A DNA stretch of 64,000 bases from Nannocystales bacterium (GTDB taxonomy: Bacteria > Myxococcota_A > Polyangia > Nannocystales > Nannocystaceae). The notes beneath the pieces were generated by a model. That model was not told where the DNA came from, did no database searches, and saw nothing but the letters and a program-made list of their open reading frames with translations. Both the position numbers and the translations under genes were made by a program. The DNA is taken from assembly GCA_050633305.1 (NCBI GenBank), contig JBOEGF010000024.1, forward strand, positions 192,001-256,000, written 5' to 3'. Shown here piece by piece: positions 10,465 to 18,112 of the stretch; the stretch's first letter is position 1; the number at the start of each line of letters is the position of its first letter.

Positions 10465-10905
10465 TCATGTCGTGGAAACGAGGTCGGGTATGGGCCCGGG
10501 TCCGGTCGAATCACCCCCGGTCGTCGACGCTCCCCCGGACGTGGAACTCGAGCTCCCGCCCGATCCCGATCCTGTGGAACTCCCGGTCGCCTCGCCCGTT
10601 GTGCCGCTTCCCGTCGTACCGCCGCCGGTTGTGCCCTCTGTGTCACCCGTCGATCCAGTATCGGTTCCGTCGGTCGTCGAGCCAGTACCCGTTCCGTCGG
10701 TCGTCGAGAAGCCCGTGCTCCCGTCCGGAAACGCTCCCGTTCCATATGCAGGCTCAAACTCGGGCTCAGTGGCGTCACACCCCGCCGTCAGGAGGCCAAG
10801 CGACAGTGCCCCGATGGCGAGTAGGCGCTTGGAGGCGCCACAATGCGGACATCTTTCACCGACGAGGACTGGGCGATCGCAACGAGAACAAGAAACCAAC
10901 GGCAT
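10465..10905 (-). CDS. Small Zn-ribbon protein with TM/lipobox, PAYG motif and Ser/Thr tail
   Basis: MPLVSCSRC...CPHC, hydrophobic stretch ending TAGC, EPAYG, T/G/S-rich tail. Confidence 0.65.
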   Translation of the reverse strand: MPLVSCSRCDRPVLVGERCPHCGASKRLLAIGALSLGLLTAGCDATEPEFEPAYGTGAFPDGSTGFSTTDGTGTGSTTDGTDTGSTGDTEGTTGGGTTGSGTTGEATGSSTGSGSGGSSSSTSGGASTTGGDSTGPGPIPDLVSTT

Positions 10906-10968
10906 GTGCGGGTAGTGTCCCCCGAGAGGTCTTCGATCACCAGAACGCAGGTATAGACGAAAAACTTT

Positions 10969-11457
10969 GGCGGAGTCAGATGGTGGTTGCAACACGGACA
11001 TTCCGAAGGGAAGAGAAATGATGCAACGAACCTACTCAGCGTCGGATCGCCGAGAGCTGTGGCGCAGATGGCGAGAGGGAGAGTCCCAGGCGGACATCGC
11101 CTGGGCGCTGAGCCGCAACCCAGGAAGCGTCCATCGCTTCCTCATGGCGAGTGGAGGCGTCGAGCCCAGGGCCCGCAAGCGGAGCGCTCGGGCCCTCTCG
11201 CTCAGTGAGCGCGAGGAGATTTCTCGTCGGCTCGCCCAAGGGGCGGGGGTTCGGGCAATCGCCCGCGCTTTGAGGCGTCCTCCGTCGACGGTCTCGAGGG
11301 AGGTCTCTCGAAACGGTGGAGCCCGCTCGTATCGCGCCTCAGCAGCCGACCAACGGGCCTGGGATCGGGGCCGACGTCCGAAGCCTTGCAAGCTGGCGAA
11401 AGAGGGGCGGCTGCGCCGTGTCGTGGCAGGGAAGCTCCAAGAACTGGTCTCCCGAGC
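10969..11457 (+). mobile_element. IS30-family remnant (left IR plus truncated transposase N-terminus)
   Basis: Candidate IRL GGCGGAGTCAGATGGTGGTTGCAACAC (10969-10995). ATG 11018 encodes LSLSEREEISR...STVSREVSRN...RRPKPCKL, frameshifts into WSPE and breaks off; no DDE domain. Confidence 0.85.
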
Positions 11458-11834
11458 GCACAGCTCAAGGTCGACCCGAATCGGGCGATGCTCTCGCTAC
11501 ATCCGAATCGGTCCAAGCACTTGACTCTCGTCCCTTGTCCGGGTCTGTGTGTCTTGCCAACACGGTCTCGGGCGAAGGGCGACACCTTGCATGTCGTTGG
11601 ACGAGCAGGCGTCGAGGCAAGAGACGCGGGCCACGTCTGATTGGGGCACGTGCTCCGCGCCCGGATGCTCTGTGTTTGTGGACTTGCCGGCGGTGAATGT
11701 CACCGGGGCGCCGATTCCGTCAGACGGGCCGCAACTTTTCCGAAGTTCTCCTCGGCCGCCTTGAAAAGTGGGGAGGCTGCAAAGCCGGGAGGTGTTTCGC
11801 TGAATCCCCTCCGAGTTCCCGTCGTTCAGTTTGC

Positions 11835-12210
11835 ATGTCTCGAACGATTCGGTGTGTCTTGGGGTTGATGTTTGGAGCAATGGGTTGTGGCGACAGTGCA
11901 AGTCCGGCCGACCCCACCATGAGTGATGGGTCTACGAGTGGCGCTGGAACTACCGCCGCTGCGGACTCAGGTCTGCCCGGCGGTGGCGAGGATGCCTCCT
12001 CTGGAAGCGGCGGTGCAGCCGAGGACACCTCCGGCGAGACGTCGGGGGGCAGTGGCTCCAGCGGACAGGGGGGCGCAGAGTGTGAGCCAGGTTGGCTGGA
12101 CTGCGACGACGAGCCAGGCTGCGAGTCGAGTGCGGACACCGTAGCCACGTGCGGCAGCTGTGAGAAGAGCTGCGAAGTGGCGGGGACGCAGCTGGCGTGC
12201 TCCGAGGGAC
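11835..12210 (+). pseudogene. Truncated Cys-rich lipoprotein
   Basis: AMGC lipobox, S/G linker, CEPGWLDCDDEPGCE...CGSCEKSC, then drifts into Arg-rich non-coding-like translation after about 12210. Confidence 0.55.
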
Positions 12211-12525
12211 TCCGCCCCGACTCGAAGTTGTCGTCTCCTACTGACGAGGGGCGCGGCGCCGCAGGAGCGCGCCGACGATGGAGTCTTGCCATCAGCGTGC
12301 CGTCCGCGGTGGCCTCGAGAACGTGGTCGCGGCGGCCGCGGGATCGAGGGGAGGTTCGTGCGCTGAGGCAGCAGCCGTGGGGTTGCTGGAGTCGGGAAGC
12401 TCGCGCGACGCGTCGAGGTCGGCCGCGGGATCTTCTGGGAGGGCCGGCTCGGCCTTGAGTGCGACGACATCGCCGTCGGTTCACATCGGCTGCGGAATCT
12501 GAACCAGTCCACGGTCGCCACGGGC

Positions 12526-12618
12526 ATTGCCGGGCACTCGTCGACGAAGACGACGCAGCCCTACAACCGCTCGGCGCAGACGGTGCAGCGCGATGAGATC
12601 GAGCGGGTGAGGTTCTGA
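12526..12618 (+). pseudogene. Tyrosine recombinase/integrase C-terminal remnant
   Basis: Manual translation IAGHSSTKTTQPYNRSAQTVQRDEIERVRF* contains box II GH and the catalytic Tyr. Confidence 0.7.
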
Positions 12619-12689
12619 TGGCGGGGTTTGTGAAGCCGTACTCGAAGAGAAGGAAAGGTGGCGAGAGAGGAGGGCAAGCCAGACGTGTA

Positions 12690-12788
12690 CCGCTACCCGG
12701 CACGGAAGAGCCCGACTACCCGTTGCTGCTCAAGCCGTACTCGTCCGCCAAGCTGGCACGAACGATCCGCGGCATCCTCGACGGCTAG
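12690..12788 (+). pseudogene. Receiver (REC) domain C-terminal remnant
   Basis: Manual translation ...DYPLLLKPYSSAKLARTIRGILDG* matches REC beta5-KP-alpha5. Confidence 0.5.
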
Positions 12789-12801
12789 CTGCACTCTATC
12801 G

Positions 12802-13968
12802 TCATTGGGTGACCGTGAACGGTTCGAACACGCCTTGCAGGGGCGGTGGGCGGTGGGGGCGGTGCACGTCGGCGCGGAAGTGTTTCGTCGGGGGCGTCGT
12901 CGTTTCGATGACGATCGTGCCGTCGCCAGGATAGGTCGTACGGGTTTCGTAGACGACGCGACCGCGGTCGGTCTTGCCGCCTCGTTCGGCGCGCGCGAGC
13001 CAGGGGCGTGTGCAGGCGGGGACCGGTGTTTCGATGCACACGAGCTTCAGGGTGAAGGGGCCCGCGGCGTAGCCCGCTTCGAATGTGACCGTGTATTCCT
13101 CGGCTTCGGGAAGCCCCCGGCCGAGGTCCACGGGGTGTCCGAGCGAGTCCCCGACGCGCTGGCTGGGGTAGCTCTTCTCGTGGCGAGCGAGCGGAGGGGT
13201 GTGAAACCAGCCATCTTCGGTCCACACCCCGAGCGCATGCAGTCCGTCGCGAAATGAGGCCTCCCAGCCGTAGAACAGCGCGGTATGGGAGGCGGTGGGC
13301 TTCTCGATCTCCGCCACCCTTGGCGTGTCCGGCAGCTCTTTCGCGTGTCGAGCGGCGAGGCGAGCGGTGCGAGTTTCGAGTGAGGCGAAGGGCCCCGCGA
13401 GTGCGTAGAACGCCGCGGGTCCCGTGTTCGCGGTCACCGGCGGGGCGCGACGCATTGGCTGTGGACCCCAGGACGCGTCGAGCGGGACTTTGGGTCTCGC
13501 GTCCGTTTCTTTCGGGGCGTTCGCGCAGGCCTCGCGGCACTCGACGAACTCTTGTTTGGCTCGCGAGGAGTCCGACTTCGTGAGGGCGACGACACAACCG
13601 TTTTCGCACGTGGTCCACCCGCACGGTTGGAAGTCGTCGGACTCGGGCGTGCACGTGCTGGAGAACTGGTAGACCGTGCCATCTCTCCTGCAGACGTGGG
13701 ATATGGCGTCTCTGCACGGTTGCTCGTGAATGCACGCGATGAGTGGTGGCCGTTCGTCCCCACCGGGTCCCAACTCGCCCCCGCGCACCACCGTGCACGC
13801 CTCGGCCGCTTCGCACTCGGAGCGTTCCAGGCCGACGCAGGGGTTGGCCTGCGTTGCCTTGGCGGGTTGCTCGACCCTGGGATCGGTCGGATGCGTGTCG
13901 ACGGGAGCGGTTGCGGAACATCCCGCGAGGGTGGCGAACAGGGCGAGTCGGCGCGAGGCGGGCATCAT
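12802..13968 (-). CDS. Hypothetical Cys-rich lipoprotein
   Basis: MMPASRRLALFATLAGC lipobox; Cys-rich N-terminal half. Confidence 0.6.
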   Translation of the reverse strand: MMPASRRLALFATLAGCSATAPVDTHPTDPRVEQPAKATQANPCVGLERSECEAAEACTVVRGGELGPGGDERPPLIACIHEQPCRDAISHVCRRDGTVYQFSSTCTPESDDFQPCGWTTCENGCVVALTKSDSSRAKQEFVECREACANAPKETDARPKVPLDASWGPQPMRRAPPVTANTGPAAFYALAGPFASLETRTARLAARHAKELPDTPRVAEIEKPTASHTALFYGWEASFRDGLHALGVWTEDGWFHTPPLARHEKSYPSQRVGDSLGHPVDLGRGLPEAEEYTVTFEAGYAAGPFTLKLVCIETPVPACTRPWLARAERGGKTDRGRVVYETRTTYPGDGTIVIETTTPPTKHFRADVHRPHRPPPLQGVFEPFTVTQ

Positions 13969-14478
13969 CGGACCTCCGGAACGTCGTGCGCCAGCGGGCC
14001 ATTTCAGTGGCGGTGGCGGAATCGAGTGATAAATCGCATGTTGCACCCGTCCCGTCGAGGTCAAGGCATCGCAGAAGAACCGCACTTTGCGTCGTGCGAG
14101 CACGATTCGCATCGTTGCAGATCGTCTTCGCACGACTGCCGACATTGATAGACGTCGGATTGGTGGTTCTCACTGCAACAGTCGAGTTGAGCGTCGACCG
14201 GTCGGTGTGGAGTCCTTCGATGGGCCACGAAGCGAGGTTCGCCTCATCCGAGGCCTCGAAGCAGCCATCAATGGCCAACGCATGCGGGTGGACGAAGAGC
14301 CGAGGGGCGAGACCGAGGTTAGCCGCGCATCCGAGGGGTTGATGCCGGTGGCGCGAGGGCCGCAAACGGGGGGGGAGAATTCTCGAATGGGGCGAGACGA
14401 TGGCCTCTCGCCTCGGAAGATGGTGGGCCCCTCCAGGATGCGGTGCGCAGCGAGGGGGAACTATCAGACGACGACAAA

Positions 14479-14913
14479 GGGTCGGAACCACATCGGTGCA
14501 AAAAGGTGCAAGAGCGCCACTGGCGCGGCGCCCTCGGGCCCGTCGCTCAGAGGGTGAGCTGCACGGACCCTGGAGGCCCGATGTGCGGGCGACGAATACG
14601 ACTGCGGTTGAGCTTGTAGGTGCCGTAGAGGATGACGTTGCTCCACTCGGTCGGGCTGATGTGCTTGTGCATCGAGACGTCGATGCCATCGTCCTGCGGG
14701 TCGCCTTGCCGGGTCGCCCGCGACATCTCGCGAGCTTGCCAGTAGATGATGCAGGCGACGATGAGCGTCAGGCAGCTTCAGCTGTTCATCTGCTCCCACA
14801 GCTCGCGAGGCTTGATCCGACCTCGGCGTCCATAGAAGACGTCCCGAGACAGGGCGTGAAGCTGTGCGGCCTTGAGCAGCCCCTTGCGGACTCTACTTCT
14901 CAGCTCCGGCTTG
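14479..14913 (-). mobile_element. Tn3-family remnant (transposase 3' end plus candidate right IR)
   Basis: LHALSRDVFYGRRG...QMNS*SCLTLIVACIIYWQ...HISPTEWSNVILYGTY with in-frame TGA at 14778-14780 and stop at 14547. Candidate IR GGGTCGGAACCACATCGGTGCAAAAAGGTGCAAG at 14479-14512. Confidence 0.8.
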
Positions 14914-15026
14914 GAGTGACCCGCACCGAGAATCTCGGGGAACGTTCCGGGAGGTGACGCGACTACAACGGGGCTGCAGTCTGCACGGCACGGAAGCTCG
15001 AACGGAATCAAGGGCCACGACACTAG

Positions 15027-15185
15027 CAGGGTGAGGAAAAAGTCCCACGCAGTGCATCACGGCGCCCTCGCCATGCATAGCTGCGTTCCTCATCGGTCAC
15101 AGGTGTCCAACCAGCTCCCTCTTCGCGCCTTGCTCTGCATGGCGATGACACCGTTCTGCATACGCGCGACTTTTTCCTCACCCTG
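15027..15185. mobile_element. 159-bp MITE, IS5-family-like ends
   Basis: Perfect 18-bp terminal IRs CAGGGTGAGGAAAAAGTC / GACTTTTTCCTCACCCTG, flanked on both sides by CTAG (15023-15026 and 15186-15189). Confidence 0.8.
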
Positions 15186-15224
15186 CTAGGGGGCGAATCG
15201 CGAGAATCTAGGCGCAGTGGGCCT

Positions 15225-16487
15225 TCAGTCCGTATCCGTCACGACCCCGGCGCGCTCGAGCATCGCGTGCAGCAGGACGTTGCAGCCCGCCGTGATGTGC
15301 TCGGGCTTGGCGTCTTCGATCTCGTTGTGGCTGATCCCGTCCTTGCAGGGAATGAAGATCATGCCGGCGGGTGCGAGCCCGGCCATGTAGATCGCATCGT
15401 GCCCGGCGCCCGAGACGACACGCATGTTCGAGTAGCCGAGCCGTTCGGCCGCGCCCTGGACGGCGGTGACACACTCCTCATGGAACGGTTGGGCGGCGTA
15501 CTCCGAGACGACCTCGAGCTCGATGGGCAGTCCGGACTCGCGCTGCACTTCGGCGATCACGTTGCGGAGGTCGGCGTCCATCGCATCGACGAGTTCGTTG
15601 GTGCTGTTGCGCAGGTCGACGGAGAACTTGACCTCTCCGGGGATGACGTTGCGGCTGTTGGGGTGCACCGACACATTCCCAACGGTGCCGCGGCCGTGGG
15701 GTTCGTGACGGTGCGCGATGGCGACGACCTCCTGGATGAGCTTCGCCGCGACTTGCATCGCATCCTTGCGCAATGCCATCGGGGTGGGTCCGGCGTGCGC
15801 CTCCATCCCGGTGACGGTGCAGTCGTACCAGCGGATGCCAAGGACGCCGGGGACGACGCCAATCACGACATCGTTGTCTTCGAGCACCGGCCCTTGTTCG
15901 ATGTGGGTCTCGAAGTAGGCGCCGATCGGGTGGTCGCCGGGTTCTTGATCCCCGATGTAGCCGATGCGCTCCAGCTCTGCCTGCACGGAGAGTCCCTCCG
16001 CGTCGGTGGCAGCGTAGGCGTGCTCGAGGGAGAACGCCTTGGCGAACACACCCGAGCCCATCATGACCGGGACAAAGCGGGAGCCTTCTTCGTTGGTCCA
16101 AAATGCGACCTCGATCGGCGCCTCGGTTTGGATCCCGCGGTCGTCGAGCGTTCGTACGACCTCCAGTCCGGCGAGGACTCCATAGTTGCCGTCGAACTTG
16201 CCCCCGGTCGGCTGGGTATCGATGTGACTCCCCGTGACGATGGGCGGGAGGTCGTTGTTCTTGCCTGCACGACGCAGGAACCCGTTCCCGATCTTGTCGA
16301 CCGTGACCGTCATGCCAGCCTCTTTGGCCCAACCGATCACGAGGTCCCGGCCCTGCTTGTCGAGGTCGGTGAGTGCCAGTCGGCAGACACCACCCTTGGG
16401 TGTCGCGCCGATCTCGGCCAGTTCCATCAGAGATCGCCAAAGGCGTTCGCCATTGACGCGGAGCTTGTCGACCGTCGGGCTGGTCAT
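15225..16487 (-). CDS. Zn-dependent M20 amidohydrolase (N-carbamoyl-amino acid hydrolase / beta-ureidopropionase family)
   Basis: GSHIDTQPTGGKFDG, NEEGSRF, HIEQGP, HAGPTPM, SGAGHDA and SHNEIE motifs. Confidence 0.92.
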   Translation of the reverse strand: MTSPTVDKLRVNGERLWRSLMELAEIGATPKGGVCRLALTDLDKQGRDLVIGWAKEAGMTVTVDKIGNGFLRRAGKNNDLPPIVTGSHIDTQPTGGKFDGNYGVLAGLEVVRTLDDRGIQTEAPIEVAFWTNEEGSRFVPVMMGSGVFAKAFSLEHAYAATDAEGLSVQAELERIGYIGDQEPGDHPIGAYFETHIEQGPVLEDNDVVIGVVPGVLGIRWYDCTVTGMEAHAGPTPMALRKDAMQVAAKLIQEVVAIAHRHEPHGRGTVGNVSVHPNSRNVIPGEVKFSVDLRNSTNELVDAMDADLRNVIAEVQRESGLPIELEVVSEYAAQPFHEECVTAVQGAAERLGYSNMRVVSGAGHDAIYMAGLAPAGMIFIPCKDGISHNEIEDAKPEHITAGCNVLLHAMLERAGVVTDTD

Positions 16488-16698
16488 CGTTGCCGCGCAG
16501 GGTATCACCGGCCGTTGTCGCCTTCACGGGGCCCGGAGTGCTCGACGTTTCGGGGCGGTACTCGAGCCTCGGCGAGAGCGACGGCTCCTGGTCCCGCGGC
16601 CGGACGCGCTCGCAAAAAAACATGTCGCTTCTCGTGATCACGGGCGCGATGTCGAGCACTACCCCCGCGATGCCCAGGAACGGGTGTCAGGAAACAAC

Positions 16699-17205
16699 AT
16701 GAACAAGAGCATGAACAAACTCGTTGGCGGCCTCGCAGGTGTGGTCGCGTTGTTGGGCGTCGTGTCGACGGCCGTCGCACTGCCCACCATCCCCGGAATC
16801 TCGGTCCTGGAGGACTTTGAACAACTCGGGACCGGTCCCGTTGGGGGCAACGGTTTCCAGACGAAACCGGTCGGAAATGGGGAGGTCTTTGGGTTCGAGG
16901 GATACGATCTCAGCATCGAAGACTTCCCCGGGCAGAAGCTGCGATGGGATGACCAACTCTTCATGGATTTCCGCCACAACGGGAAGAGACCTTTGGAGGT
17001 CGTGTTCGACCTCTCGATGTACTCGTCCCCGGTGACGGTGCGCGCGTTTGACGACGGAGGGAAGGTGATTTTCGACCAGACGTACACGGCCCAGACCCAG
17101 CATCACGTTGTCATCACCAGCCAAAAAGAACGAATCCTGTACGTCGAACTCACTGGGGGGAGCAACGAGACGTATGTGGATGACGTTTGGGTAACCTGGC
17201 CGTAA
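16699..17205 (+). CDS. Secreted hypothetical protein, predicted beta-sandwich
   Basis: AGGA RBS, signal peptide ending AVA, C-terminus GGSNETYVDDVWV. Confidence 0.7.
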   Translation: MNKSMNKLVGGLAGVVALLGVVSTAVALPTIPGISVLEDFEQLGTGPVGGNGFQTKPVGNGEVFGFEGYDLSIEDFPGQKLRWDDQLFMDFRHNGKRPLEVVFDLSMYSSPVTVRAFDDGGKVIFDQTYTAQTQHHVVITSQKERILYVELTGGSNETYVDDVWVTWP

Positions 17206-17477
17206 GGGTCGGTAGGCCAAGCCTGAGGGTGCAGGAAGGAGCTGTCGCACGATGGGGACGCACAGCGGAGTCCTCGTCGATGCTGCTCCCTGTAAGCCCT
17301 CAGGCCTTCCGGGAAACTCGAACTGTCGAGCAATGCTGCCCACGTCATCCGACGTGGGCAGCCAACTCTCGTCGAGGTCTGACGGCTCTTTTTCCCGCAG
17401 CCGCAATCCGGTTTGGGGGTCGTCGACTCTTCTGTGGTGGGAGGGCTCGGCCCTGCCTCTCTCTCCCGGAGCAAAAC

Positions 17478-17729
17478 ATGCAACGAAGAATCGGATTGTT
17501 CGTGTCCCCTCTTGCGGCAGCGGCCGTACTCCTGCTCTCGAGCACGGCGTTTGCTTGGTCGAGCTACGAGTATCGAAACTCCGACGGCGAGTACCGCTAC
17601 GGAATCCGTGACGGGTCGAGCAAGCTGCAGCTGGGTCTTGGCAAGCGCAAGCAAGCGGACAAGGCCGCAAAGAAAATGAACAAGGCGAACAAGGTCGACG
17701 AAGCCGCGGCCGAAGAAGAAGCGAAGTAG
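17478..17729 (+). CDS. Small secreted basic protein
   Basis: GGAG RBS, signal peptide ending AFA, Lys/Ala-rich helix. Confidence 0.65.
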   Translation: MQRRIGLFVSPLAAAAVLLLSSTAFAWSSYEYRNSDGEYRYGIRDGSSKLQLGLGKRKQADKAAKKMNKANKVDEAAAEEEAK

Positions 17730-17743
17730 GAAGGAAGTCCCAG

Positions 17744-17992
17744 ATGAAGAAGCCAATTCTCACCGTATTCGCATTCGCGCTGACCTTCGGAACCTCGTCC
17801 CTCGCCCTCGCGGAGTGGTCGGTCTCCAAGCATCCCCTTGCGCCTGGCTACCGGGTCACCCACGACTCCGGAAGTCCCGGGCTCGTTGTGAACAAGGTCT
17901 ACAAGACCAAGCGCGGGGCGAAGAAGGCGGCAAAGGCCCTCAACGACGCCGAGAAGAAATCCGACGGCGGAAACCACGGCACCGGGGACTGA
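17744..17992 (+). CDS. Small secreted basic protein
   Basis: AGGAAGG upstream, signal peptide ending ALA, Lys/Ala-rich helix. Confidence 0.7.
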   Translation: MKKPILTVFAFALTFGTSSLALAEWSVSKHPLAPGYRVTHDSGSPGLVVNKVYKTKRGAKKAAKALNDAEKKSDGGNHGTGD

Positions 17993-18112
17993 GCCCCGGC
18001 GAGTCGATGCCCACTGCGCTGGGGCGCCTGGGCAGCGCCGCGCCGCCGCCTCCGTTGCGGGATGCGGCGTCCGCTGATGACCCCGAGCCGGTCTTGGAGA
18101 CGTGGGGCGGCC

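Noticed and set aside
12484..12495. HRLR upstream of the integrase remnant as the H-x-x-R catalytic motif
   Set aside because: Spacing to GH is much shorter than in tyrosine recombinases; probably coincidental.
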